A DNA stretch of 64,000 bases from Rebecca billardiae RCC1528 (Eukaryota; Protista; Haptophyta), in contig OZ251232.1 of assembly GCA_965240325.2 (NCBI GenBank), positions 2,046,001 through 2,110,000 of the forward strand, given 5' to 3'. This document shows, one piece after another, positions 1 to 12,665 of the stretch. Each line of letters begins with the position of its first letter. Within the stretch, counting starts at the first letter, position 1. The position numbers were made by a program, and so were the translations under genes. The notes under the pieces were generated by a model. That model had not been told where the DNA came from, did not search any database, and was given only the letters and a program-made list of their open reading frames with translations.

Positions 1-365
1 GCGCCCTACTAATTCTATGATTTAAAGACACAGGCACGAGGGCGCAGCTCTCCTGATTCGTCTGTAGTGGTACTGGTCGAAGCTTGCAGCAGTTGCAGTG
101 GTGTGAGCGCGTTGATGTTGGTCCCCAATCCCCATGGCGGATGTCGTTGTTGTCGTCGTCCGGACGTCGTCAGGACCACCAGGAAGTGCATGGGTACGAA
201 ATCAAAGGCGAGTGAGCATGTTGGCGTCGGCCAGGCCGTCCCCTACTTGGTCAGCAGCTGGTGCGGATGATGTCGTCGCCTACTTGGTCAGTGGCAGGTC
301 GTGGTGGACGATGGTGTAGCCTGTTCTTGGTCAGCAGCTGGTGGATGATGTTGTGGCCGAAGTTA

Positions 366-1143
366 CAGGGGTCTCAACAATTAAACGTCACATTCTGACT
401 GAGCTGCACGCCACTGCTCACCCTGCCCCCCTGGGCTGACCCAGGCGGCCCCCACGGCCAGTGCACGACGGTTTCGACCCAGCGCGTCAGCCCCAGCGCG
501 CGTGGGCTGGAGTTGGGCACACCAGCAGGTCACACGGCTGCAGGCGTACAGCCTGTCGCAGCTGGCCAGATCCTGCCGCAGGCTTGTCGTCACTGGTCGC
601 GGGCCGTGTGCCCACACAGACCAGGCCTAAATTGTGCTTGGCAGTGGATCTGGTACCCCCTAGGGTGGGCTGCATGCCACCTGGGGGGGAGCTCATGGGA
701 TGCAGCTGCTGTGGCACAGTGCCCAATCCCGCACCCCCACCTGCGCAAGGACCTGTCGGGTCAGCTCCCCTGCACTGGGAGGCCAGCAGCAGCACCCGCT
801 GACACGCCCCGAGGGTGGCCAGCCACCCGACTTGAGGGGGCTGGAGTGGGGCTGGTGCAGCCAAGAGCTCTGCAGCCTAGCTGCTGGTGGCTGGCCTGCA
901 TGGATTTTCAAGCTGACCACCCACTGCTGCCTGCCGCACCCCTCGCTGCACCCACCTGGGCTGCTGCACATGCGAACTCTGGATGGCACCACAGCCCAGC
1001 ATGGAGAGCTGGCCAAGCAGCCACCCACTCGTCAGAATGGCCAGGGAGTGGGCTGTGCTAGACCACATCTAGCCAGGCAATCAAGTGCTCACATGCCTGT
1101 CCAGTGGCACAAACAGAGATACAGCTAATTGTTGAGACCCCTG
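366..1143. mobile_element. 778-bp MITE, left copy (Tc1/mariner/pogo-type CAG...CTG termini)
   Basis: Perfect 18-bp TIR CAGGGGTCTCAACAATTA (366-383) / TAATTGTTGAGACCCCTG (1126-1143). TA on the left, TG on the right. Confidence 0.9.
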
Positions 1144-4100
1144 TGCGGGGTCGGATGCACTTGCACATCATCACCCAGGCTCAGCAGGAGCCCAACAATG
1201 GCTCTTATGAGCAAGAGCAGCTGCGCATGTCACGCCAGACCTGTGAAAGATGCCACTAGGGACCAGCCCAGCTCGATCTGACCGGCAACCTCGCTGGTCT
1301 GGCACCGCTCATAGCGGCTGCACAGCCAGCCGTGGGCCACGGTCCGCACTGGCGCCCACTGGCCGCAGGGCAGACGTAGCATCTGGGCTCGGGCTAGGTG
1401 ATGAAACCGGGGCTGCCGTTCGGCCCAGGCGGTCCGTACGGGTCGCGTACGACACGCCAGGCCCGATCCTGCCCATCATCTAGCTGGTCTGGCACCGCTC
1501 ATAGCGGCTGCACAGCCAGCCGTGGGCCACCCGCACTGGCGCCCACTGGCCGCAGGGCAGACGTAGCATCTGGGCTCGGGCTAGGTGATGAAACCGGGGC
1601 TGCCGTTCGGCCTGGGCGGCCCGTACGGGTCGCGTACGACACGCCAGGCCCGGTCCTGCCCATCATCTAGCTGGTCTGGCACCGCTCATAGCGCTGCACA
1701 GCCAGCCGTGGGCCACCCCACTGGCTCCCACTGGCCGCAGGGCAGACGTAGCACCTGGGCTCGGGCTAGGCGATGGAAGAGGGGCTGCCGTTCGGCCTGG
1801 GCGGCCCGCACGGGTCGCGTACGACACGCCAGGCCTGCTTCTTGTGCCACGCCCTGCATTGCAGGGCAGTGAAGCCGAACTTGGTGCCAACATCTTAGGG
1901 GTGGACACCTGCATCTGCACGAGGTAGGTGATGATGGCCTTGGCCCCTCATATGGGGTGTACTGGCCAGGGCCAGCTGGTGCTTGTGAGCACCGTCACGG
2001 GCTGACCAAGGTGCCTCCTCTTCTTGCCACCTGGCTTGGCCACCATCAGGCACGTAATGAGCGTGGGCTTCACCATCGCGCGAGTTGCGCCCGCCAGTGG
2101 CCGCCCACCTTTCGGGGTTGCATGGTAGCGGCCGGCCAAACTGTTTGCGTTTGCCCGCGGGAATCCGGCGGGCCCGCAAAACGCCTTTCCGAGTCGAGCG
2201 AACGTTGATCACGCCCGGAAGCTGCTTCGGAAGGCCGACCCGACGCCTGTCGGAATCGAGACTTTGAGCTTGATTCGGGCGCGAGAGTCCAGCCGCCAGC
2301 AGCGAGCTGTCAAAGTCAGCCGCCGCATGGACCCCTGCGATGGCAGCCGCACTCGGGCGGCGTTGCCAGGCATGGCTGTACCAGCCCTGGCGGATGTTTC
2401 CGTGCTCAAATCAGCGCACTGCAGGGATGCATGGGCCCAACTTGGCATTGTACGACTGCCAGGCCCTGCCCCCTGCCTCCCCAGGGGCAGAATCACCCCT
2501 GCCGTAGCCCTCTCGCACCAACCGTGAGAGCAATCCTTGAACAAAACAAAGCAGTGTGCTGCAGAAGATCTAGGTCTTCTCGCACGAAAGCAGGCTTGCA
2601 TTCCGTCCTACCAACATGGTGGCGGATCACCCACAAAGCCATGGTGCCTATCCATGCCTGGCTTGTTCTACTGGCACTGTGCGGGGTCGGATGCACTTGC
2701 ACATCATCACCCAGGCTCAGCAGGAGCCCAACAATGGCTCTTATGAGCAAGAGCAGCTGCGCATGTCACGCCAGACCTGTGAAAGATGCCACTAGGGACC
2801 AGCCCAGCTCGATCTGACCGGCAACCTCGCTGGTCTGGCACCGCTCATAGCGGCTGCACAGCCAGCCGTGGGCCACCCGCACTGGCGCCCACTGGCCGCA
2901 GGGCAGACGTAGCATCTGGGCTCGGGCTAGGTGATGAAACCGGGGCTGCCGTTCGGCCCAGGCGGTCCGTACGGGTCGCGTACGACACGCCAGGCCCGAT
3001 CCTGCCCATCATCTAGCTGGTCTGGCACCGCTCATAGCGGCTGCACAGCCAGCCGTGGGCCACCCGCACTGGCGCCCACTGGCCGCAGGGCAGACGTAGC
3101 ATCTGGGCTCGGGCTAGGTGATGAAACCGGGGCTGCCGTTCGGCCTGGGCGGCCCGTACGGGTCGCGTACGACACGCCAGGCCCGGTCCTGCCCATCATC
3201 TAGCTGGTCTGGCACCGCTCATAGCGCTGCACAGCCAGCCGTGGGCCACCCCACTGGCTCCCACTGGCCGCAGGGCAGACGTAGCACCTGGGCTCGGGCT
3301 AGGCGATGGAAGAGGGGCTGCCGTTCGGCCTGGGCGGCCCGCACGGGTCGCGTACGACACGCCAGGCCTGCTTCTTGTGCCACGCCCTGCATTGCAGGGC
3401 AGTGAAGCCGAACTTGGTGCCAACATCTTAGGGGTGGACACCTGCATCTGCACGAGGTAGGTGATGATGGCCTTGGCCCCTCATATGGGGTGTACTGGCC
3501 AGGGCCAGCTGGTGCTTGTGAGCACCGTCACGGGCTGACCAAGGTGCCTCCTCTTCTTGCCACCTGGCTTGGCCACCATCAGGCACGTAATGAGCGTGGG
3601 CTTCACCATCGCGCGAGTTGCGCCCGCCAGTGGCCGCCCACCTTTCGGGGTTGCATGGTAGCGGCCGGCCAAACTGTTTGCGTTTGCCCGCGGGAATCCG
3701 GCGGGCCCGCAAAACGCCTTTCCGAGTCGAGCGAACGTTGATCACGCCCGGAAGCTGCTTCGGAAGGCCGACCCGACGCCTGTCGGAATCGAGACTTTGA
3801 GCTTGATTCGGGCGCGAGAGTCCAGCCGCCAGCAGCGAGCTGTCAAAGTCAGCCGCCGCATGGACCCCTGCGATGGCAGCCGCACTCGGGCGGCGTTGCC
3901 AGGCATGGCTGTACCAGCCCTGGCGGATGTTTCCGTGCTCAAATCAGCGCACTGCAGGGACGCATGGGCCCAACTTGGCATTGTACGACTACCAGGCCCT
4001 GCCCCCTGCCTCCCCAGGGGCAGAATCACCCCTGCCGTAGCCCTCTCGCACCAACCGTGAGAGCAATCCTTGAACAAAACAAAGCAGTGTGCTGCAGAAG

Positions 4101-7100
4101 ATCTAGGTCTTCTCGCACGAAAGCAGGCTTGCATTCCGTCCTACCAACATGGTGGCGGATCACCCACAAAGCCATGGTGCCTATCCATGCCTGGCTTGTT
4201 CTACTGGCACTGTGCGGGGTCGGATGCACTTGCACATCATCACCCAGGCTCAGCAGGAGCCCAACAATGGCTCTTATGAGCAAGAGCAGCTGCGCATGTC
4301 ACGCCAGACCTGTGAAAGATGCCACTAGGGACCAGCCCAGCTCGATCTGACCGGCAACCTCGCTGGTCTGGCACCGCTCATAGCGGCTGCACAGCCAGCC
4401 GTGGGCCACCCGCACTGGCGCCCACTGGCCGCAGGGCAGACGTAGCATCTGGGCTCGGGCTAGGTGATGAAACCGGGGCTGCCGTTCGGCCCAGGCGGTC
4501 CGTACGGGTCGCGTACGACACGCCAGGCCCGATCCTGCCCATCATCTAGCTGGTCTGGCACCGCTCATAGCGGCTGCACAGCCAGCCGTGGGCCACCCGC
4601 ACTGGCGCCCACTGGCCGCAGGGCAGACGTAGCATCTGGGCTCGGGCTAGGTGATGAAACCGGGGCTGCCGTTCGGCCTGGGCGGCCCGTACGGGTCGCG
4701 TACGACACGCCAGGCCCGGTCCTGCCCATCATCTAGCTGGTCTGGCACCGCTCATAGCGCTGCACAGCCAGCCGTGGGCCACCCCACTGGCTCCCACTGG
4801 CCGCAGGGCAGACGTAGCACCTGGGCTCGGGCTAGGCGATGGAAGAGGGGCTGCCGTTCGGCCTGGGCGGCCCGCACGGGTCGCGTACGACACGCCAGGC
4901 CTGCTTCTTGTGCCACGCCCTGCATTGCAGGGCAGTGAAGCCGAACTTGGTGCCAACATCTTAGGGGTGGACACCTGCATCTGCACGAGGTAGGTGATGA
5001 TGGCCTTGGCCCCTCATATGGGGTGTACTGGCCAGGGCCAGCTGGTGCTTGTGAGCACCGTCACGGGCTGACCAAGGTGCCTCCTCTTCTTGCCACCTGG
5101 CTTGGCCACCATCAGGCACGTAATGAGCGTGGGCTTCACCATCGCGCGAGTTGCGCCCGCCAGTGGCCGCCCACCTTTCGGGGTTGCATGGTAGCGGCCG
5201 GCCAAACTGTTTGCGTTTGCCCGCGGGAATCCGGCGGGCCCGCAAAACGCCTTTCCGAGTCGAGCGAACGTTGATCACGCCCGGAAGCTGCTTCGGAAGG
5301 CCGACCCGACGCCTGTCGGAATCGAGACTTTGAGCTTGATTCGGGCGCGAGAGTCCAGCCGCCAGCAGCGAGCTGTCAAAGTCAGCCGCCGCATGGACCC
5401 CTGCGATGGCAGCCGCACTCGGGCGGCGTTGCCAGGCATGGCTGTACCAGCCCTGGCGGATGTTTCCGTGCTCAAATCAGCGCACTGCAGGGACGCATGG
5501 GCCCAACTTGGCATTGTACGACTGCCAGGCCCTGCCCCCTGCCTCCCCAGGGGCATAATCACCCCTGCCGTAGCCCTCTCGCACCAACCGTGAGAGCAAT
5601 CCTTGAACAAAACAAAGCAGTGTGCTGCAGAAGATCTAGGTCTTCTCGCACGAAAGCAGGCTTGCATTCCGTCCTACCAACATGGTGGCGGATCACCCAC
5701 AAAGCCATGGTGCCTATCCATGCCTGGCTTGTTCTACTGGCACTGTGCGGGGTCGGATGCACTTGCACATCATCACCCAGGCTCAGCAGGAGCCCAACAA
5801 TGGCTCTTATGAGCAAGAGCAGCTGCGCATGTCACGCCAGACCTGTGAAAGATGCCACTAGGGACCAGCCCAGCTCGATCTGACCGGCAACCTCGCTGGT
5901 CTGGCACCGCTCATAGCGGCTGCACAGCCAGCCGTGGGCCACGGTCCGCACTGGCGCCCACTGGCCGCAGGGCAGACGTAGCATCTGGGCTCGGGCTAGG
6001 TGATGAAACCGGGGCTGCCGTTCGGCCCAGGCGGTCCGTACGGGTCGCGTACGACACGCCAGGCCCGATCCTGCCCATCATCTAGCTGGTCTGGCACCGC
6101 TCATAGCGGCTGCACAGCCAGCCGTGGGCCACCCGCACTGGCGCCCACTGGCCGCAGGGCAGACGTAGCATCTGGGCTCGGGCTAGGTGATGAAACCGGG
6201 GCTGCCGTTCGGCCTGGGCGGCCCGTACGGGTCGCGTACGACACGCCAGGCCCGGTCCTGCCCATCATCTAGCTGGTCTGGCACCGCTCATAGCGCTGCA
6301 CAGCCAGCCGTGGGCCACCCCACTGGCTCCCACTGGCCGCAGGGCAGACGTAGCACCTGGGCTCGGGCTAGGCGATGGAAGAGGGGCTGCCGTTCGGCCT
6401 GGGCGGCCCGCACGGGTCGCGTACGACACGCCAGGCCTGCTTCTTGTGCCACGCCCTGCATTGCAGGGCAGTGAAGCCGAACTTGGTGCCAACATCTTAG
6501 GGGTGGACACCTGCATCTGCACGAGGTAGGTGATGATGGCCTTGGCCCCTCATATGGGGTGTACTGGCCAGGGCCAGCTGGTGCTTGTGAGCACCGTCAC
6601 GGGCTGACCAAGGTGCCTCCTCTTCTTGCCACCTGGCTTGGCCACCATCAGGCACGTAATGAGCGTGGGCTTCACCATCGCGCGAGTTGCGCCCGCCAGT
6701 GGCCGCCCACCTTTCGGGGTTGCATGGTAGCGGCCGGCCAAACTGTTTGCGTTTGCCCGCGGGAATCCGGCGGGCCCGCAAAACGCCTTTCCGAGTCGAG
6801 CGAACGTTGATCACGCCCGGAAGCTGCTTCGGAAGGCCGACCCGACGCCTGTCGGAATCGAGACTTTGAGCTTGATTCGGGCGCGAGAGTCCAGCCGCCA
6901 GCAGCGAGCTGTCAAAGTCAGCCGCCGCATGGACCCCTGCGATGGCAGCCGCACTCGGGCGGCGTTGCCAGGCATGGCTGTACCAGCCCTGGCGGATGTT
7001 TCCGTGCTCAAATCAGCGCACTGCAGGGATGCATGGGCCCAACTTGGCATTGTACGACTGCCAGGCCCTGCCCCCTGCCTCCCCAGGGGCAGAATCACCC

Positions 7101-10100
7101 CTGCCGTAGCCCTCTCGCACCAACCGTGAGAGCAATCCTTGAACAAAACAAAGCAGTGTGCTGCAGAAGATCTAGGTCTTCTCGCACGAAAGCAGGCTTG
7201 CATTCCGTCCTACCAACATGGTGGCGGATCACCCACAAAGCCATGGTGCCTATCCATGCCTGGCTTGTTCTACTGGCACTGTGCGGGGTCGGATGCACTT
7301 GCACATCATCACCCAGGCTCAGCAGGAGCCCAACAATGGCTCTTATGAGCAAGAGCAGCTGCGCATGTCACGCCAGACCTGTGAAAGATGCCACTAGGGA
7401 CCAGCCCAGCTCGATCTGACCGGCAACCTCGCTGGTCTGGCACCGCTCATAGCGGCTGCACAGCCAGCCGTGGGCCACCCGCACTGGCGCCCACTGGCCG
7501 CAGGGCAGACGTAGCATCTGGGCTCGGGCTAGGTGATGAAACCGGGGCTGCCGTTCGGCCCAGGCGGTCCGTACGGGTCGCGTACGACACGCCAGGCCCG
7601 ATCCTGCCCATCATCTAGCTGGTCTGGCACCGCTCATAGCGGCTGCACAGCCAGCCGTGGGCCACCCGCACTGGCGCCCACTGGCCGCAGGGCAGACGTA
7701 GCATCTGGGCTCGGGCTAGGTGATGAAACCGGGGCTGCCGTTCGGCCTGGGCGGCCCGTACGGGTCGCGTACGACACGCCAGGCCCGGTCCTGCCCATCA
7801 TCTAGCTGGTCTGGCACCGCTCATAGCGCTGCACAGCCAGCCGTGGGCCACCCCACTGGCTCCCACTGGCCGCAGGGCAGACGTAGCACCTGGGCTCGGG
7901 CTAGGCGATGGAAGAGGGGCTGCCGTTCGGCCTGGGCGGCCCGCACGGGTCGCGTACGACACGCCAGGCCTGCTTCTTGTGCCACGCCCTGCATTGCAGG
8001 GCAGTGAAGCCGAACTTGGTGCCAACATCTTAGGGGTGGACACCTGCATCTGCACGAGGTAGGTGATGATGGCCTTGGCCCCTCATATGGGGTGTACTGG
8101 CCAGGGCCAGCTGGTGCTTGTGAGCACCGTCACGGGCTGACCAAGGTGCCTCCTCTTCTTGCCACCTGGCTTGGCCACCATCAGGCACGTAATGAGCGTG
8201 GGCTTCACCATCGCGCGAGTTGCGCCCGCCAGTGGCCGCCCACCTTTCGGGGTTGCATGGTAGCGGCCGGCCAAACTGTTTGCGTTTGCCCGCGGGAATC
8301 CGGCGGGCCCGCAAAACGCCTTTCCGAGTCGAGCGAACGTTGATCACGCCCGGAAGCTGCTTCGGAAGGCCGACCCGACGCCTGTCGGAATCGAGACTTT
8401 GAGCTTGATTCGGGCGCGAGAGTCCAGCCGCCAGCAGCGAGCTGTCAAAGTCAGCCGCCGCATGGACCCCTGCGATGGCAGCCGCACTCGGGCGGCGTTG
8501 CCAGGCATGGCTGTACCAGCCCTGGCGGATGTTTCCGTGCTCAAATCAGCGCACTGCAGGGACGCATGGGCCCAACTTGGCATTGTACGACTACCAGGCC
8601 CTGCCCCCTGCCTCCCCAGGGGCAGAATCACCCCTGCCGTAGCCCTCTCGCACCAACCGTGAGAGCAATCCTTGAACAAAACAAAGCAGTGTGCTGCAGA
8701 AGATCTAGGTCTTCTCGCACGAAGCAGGCTTGCATTCCGTCCTACCAACATGGTGGCGGATCACCCACAAAGCCATGGTGCCTATCCATGCCTGGCTTGT
8801 TCTACTGGCACTGTGCGGGGTCGGATGCACTTGCACATCATCACCCAGGCTCAGCAGGAGCCCAACAATGGCTCTTATGAGCAAGAGCAGCTGCGCATGT
8901 CACGCCAGACCTGTGAAAGATGCCACTAGGGACCAGCCCAGCTCGATCTGACCGGCAACCTCGCTGGTCTGGCACCGCTCATAGCGGCTGCACAGCCAGC
9001 CGTGGGCCACCCGCACTGGCGCCCACTGGCCGCAGGGCAGACGTAGCATCTGGGCTCGGGCTAGGTGATGAAACCGGGGCTGCCGTTCGGCCCAGGCGGT
9101 CCGTACGGGTCGCGTACGACACGCCAGGCCCGATCCTGCCCATCATCTAGCTGGTCTGGCACCGCTCATAGCGGCTGCACAGCCAGCCGTGGGCCACCCG
9201 CACTGGCGCCCACTGGCCGCAGGGCAGACGTAGCATCTGGGCTCGGGCTAGGTGATGAAACCGGGGCTGCCGTTCGGCCTGGGCGGCCCGTACGGGTCGC
9301 GTACGACACGCCAGGCCCGGTCCTGCCCATCATCTAGCTGGTCTGGCACCGCTCATAGCGCTGCACAGCCAGCCGTGGGCCACCCCACTGGCTCCCACTG
9401 GCCGCAGGGCAGACGTAGCACCTGGGCTCGGGCTAGGCGATGGAAGAGGGGCTGCCGTTCGGCCTGGGCGGCCCGCACGGGTCGCGTACGACACGCCAGG
9501 CCTGCTTCTTGTGCCACGCCCTGCATTGCAGGGCAGTGAAGCCGAACTTGGTGCCAACATCTTAGGGGTGGACACCTGCATCTGCACGAGGTAGGTGATG
9601 ATGGCCTTGGCCCCTCATATGGGGTGTACTGGCCAGGGCCAGCTGGTGCTTGTGAGCACCGTCACGGGCTGACCAAGGTGCCTCCTCTTCTTGCCACCTG
9701 GCTTGGCCACCATCAGGCACGTAATGAGCGTGGGCTTCACCATCGCGCGAGTTGCGCCCGCCAGTGGCCGCCCACCTTTCGGGGTTGCATGGTAGCGGCC
9801 GGCCAAACTGTTTGCGTTTGCCCGCGGGAATCCGGCGGGCCCGCAAAACGCCTTTCCGAGTCGAGCGAACGTTGATCACGCCCGGAAGCTGCTTCGGAAG
9901 GCCGACCCGACGCCTGTCGGAATCGAGACTTTGAGCTTGATTCGGGCGCGAGAGTCCAGCCGCCAGCAGCGAGCTGTCAAAGTCAGCCGCCGCATGGACC
10001 CCTGCGATGGCAGCCGCACTCGGGCGGCGTTGCCAGGCATGGCTGTACCAGCCCTGGCGGATGTTTCCGTGCTCAAATCAGCGCACTGCAGGGACGCATG

Positions 10101-11876
10101 GGCCCAACTTGGCATTGTACGACTGCCAGGCCCTGCCCCCTGCCTCCCCAGGGGCAGAATCACCCCTGCCGTAGCCCTCTCGCACCAACCGTGAGAGCAA
10201 TCCTTGAACAAAACAAAGCAGTGTGCTGCAGAAGATCTAGGTCTTCTCGCACGAAAGCAGGCTTGCATTCCGTCCTACCAACATGGTGGCGGATCACCCA
10301 CAAAGCCATGGTGCCTATCCATGCCTGGCTTGTTCTACTGGCACTGTGCGGGGTCGGATGCACTTGCACATCATCACCCAGGCTCAGCAGGAGCCCAACA
10401 ATGGCTCTTATGAGCAAGAGCAGCTGCGCATGTCACGCCAGACCTGTGAAAGATGCCACTAGGGACCAGCCCAGCTCGATCTGACCGGCAACCTCGCTGG
10501 TCTGGCACCGCTCATAGCGGCTGCACAGCCAGCCGTGGGCCACCCGCACTGGCGCCCACTGGCCGCAGGGCAGACGTAGCATCTGGGCTCGGGCTAGGTG
10601 ATGAAACCGGGGCTGCCGTTCGGCCCAGGCGGTCCGTACGGGTCGCGTACGACACGCCAGGCCCGATCCTGCCCATCATCTAGCTGGTCTGGCACCGCTC
10701 ATAGCGGCTGCACAGCCAGCCGTGGGCCACCCGCACTGGCGCCCACTGGCCGCAGGGCAGACGTAGCATCTGGGCTCGGGCTAGGTGATGAAACCGGGGC
10801 TGCCGTTCGGCCTGGGCGGCCCGTACGGGTCGCGTACGACACGCCAGGCCCGGTCCTGCCCATCATCTAGCTGGTCTGGCACCGCTCATAGCGCTGCACA
10901 GCCAGCCGTGGGCCACCCCACTGGCTCCCACTGGCCGCAGGGCAGACGTAGCACCTGGGCTCGGGCTAGGCGATGGAAGAGGGGCTGCCGTTCGGCCTGG
11001 GCGGCCCGCACGGGTCGCGTACGACACGCCAGGCCTGCTTCTTGTGCCACGCCCTGCATTGCAGGGCAGTGAAGCCGAACTTGGTGCCAACATCTTAGGG
11101 GTGGACACCTGCATCTGCATGAGGTAGGTGATGATGGCCTTGGCCCCTCATATGGGGTGTACTGGCCAGGGCCAGCTGGTGCTTGTGAGCACCGTCACGG
11201 GCTGACCAAGGTGCCTCCTCTTCTTGCCACCTGGCTTGGCCACCATCAGGCACGTAATGAGCGTGGGCTTCACCATCGCGCGAGTTGCGCCCGCCAGTGG
11301 CCGCCCACCTTTCGGGGTTGCATGGTAGCGGCCGGCCAAACTGTTTGCGTTTGCCCGCGGGAATCCGGCGGGCCCGCAAAACGCCTTTCCGAGTCGAGCG
11401 AACGTTGATCACGCCCGGAAGCTGCTTCGGAAGGCCGACCCGACGCCTGTCGGAATCGAGACTTTGAGCTTGATTCGGGCGCGAGAGTCCAGCCGCCAGC
11501 AGCGAGCTGTCAAAGTCAGCCGCCGCATGGACCCCTGCGATGGCAGCCGCACTCGGGCGGCGTTGCCAGGCATGGCTGTACCAGCCCTGGCGGATGTTTC
11601 CGTGCTCAAATCAGCGCACTGCAGGGACGCATGGGCCCAACTTGGCATTGTACGACTGCCAGGCCCTGCCCCCTGCCTCCCCAGGGGCAGAATCACCCCT
11701 GCCGTAGCCCTCTCGCACCAACCGTGAGAGCAATCCTTGAACAAAACAAAGCAGTGTGCTGCAGAAGATCTAGGTCTTCTCGCACGAAAGCAGGCTTGCA
11801 TTCCGTCCTACCAACATGGTGGCGGATCACCCACAAAGCCATGGTGCCTATCCATGCCTGGCTTGTTCTACTGGCA
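1144..11876. repeat. Tandem array of seven near-identical ~1530-bp units joined by CTG
   Basis: Units start at 1144, 2680, 4213, 5746, 7282, 8814 and 10347 (periods 1536, 1533, 1533, 1536, 1532, 1533). Each begins TGCGGGG and ends CTGGCA. Junction CTG at 2677, 4210, 5743, 7279, 8811 and 10344. Confidence 0.97.
1293..1835. repeat. Three ~187-bp sub-repeats inside each array unit (first unit shown)
   Basis: GCTGGTCTGGCACCGCTCATAG recurs at 1293, 1483 and 1670. The third copy is more diverged and truncated. Confidence 0.93.
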
Positions 11877-12654
11877 CAGGGGTCTCAACAATTAAACGTC
11901 ACATTCTGACTGAGCTGCACGCCACTGCTCACCCTGCCCCCCTGGGCTGACCCAGGCGGCCCCCACGGCCCGTGCACGACGGTTTTGACCCAGGGCGTCA
12001 GCCCCAGCGCGCGTGGGCTGGAGTTGGGCACACCAGCAGGTCACACGGCTGCAGGCGTACAGCCTGTCGCAGCTGGCCAGATCCTGCCGCAGGCTTGTCG
12101 TCACTGGTCGCGGGCCGTGTGCCCACACAGACCAGGCCTAAATTGTGCTTGGCAGTGGATCTGGTACCCCCTAGGGTGGGCTGCATGCCACCTGGGGGGG
12201 AGCTCATGGGATGCAGCTGCTGTGGCACAGTGCCCAATCCCGCACCCCCACCTGCGCAAGGACCTGTCGGGTCAGCTCCCCTGCACTGGGAGGCCAGCAG
12301 CAGCACCCGCTGACACGCCCCGAGGGTGGCCAGCCACCCGACTTGAGGGGGCTGGAGTGGGGCTGGTGCAGCCAAGAGCTCTGCAGCCTAGCTGCTGGTG
12401 GCTGGCCTGCATGGATTTTCAAGCTGACCACCCACTGCTGCCTGCCGCACCCCTCGCTGCACCCACCTGGGCTGCTGCACATGCGCACTCTGGATGGCAC
12501 CACAGCCCAGCATGGAGAGCTGGCCAAGCAGCCACCCACTCGTCAGAATGGCCAGGGAGTGGGCTGTGCTAGACCACATCTAGCCAGGCAATCAAGTGCT
12601 CACATGCCTGTCCAGTGGCACAAACAGAGATACAGCTAATTGTTGAGACCCCTG
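11877..12654. mobile_element. 778-bp MITE, right copy
   Basis: Same TIRs (11877-11894, 12637-12654). About four substitutions seen versus the left copy. CA on the left, TA on the right. Confidence 0.9.
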
Positions 12655-12665
12655 TAGTAGTAGTC

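Larger units (their letters stand above)
366..12654. mobile_element. Composite non-autonomous DNA element: MITE-(1.53-kb unit)x7-MITE, flanked by TA
   Basis: Outer ends are TA|CAGGGGTCTCAACAATTA (TA 364-365) and TAATTGTTGAGACCCCTG|TA (TA 12655-12656). Two direct 778-bp MITE copies enclose the tandem array. No transposase ORF inside. Confidence 0.8.

Noticed and set aside
242-358. Three ~37-bp degenerate repeats (CTTGGTCAGCAGCTGG...)
   Set aside because: Ordinary decayed minisatellite with no further structure.
2675-2681. CACTGTG at the junctions equals the V(D)J RSS heptamer
   Set aside because: No nonamer at 12 or 23 bp and no RAG/Transib gene. It is explained by CA + CTG + TG.
1144-11876. 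CRISPR-like array or repeated protein-coding genes in the 1.53-kb units
   Set aside because: Units are near-identical with no variable spacers. The ORFs are short, overlapping and lack recognisable domains or host codon bias.
366-12654. LTR retrotransposon (long direct repeats at both ends)
   Set aside because: The repeats have 18-bp TIRs and TA flanks rather than TG...CA with a 4-6-bp TSD. No PBS, PPT or gag/pol recognised.
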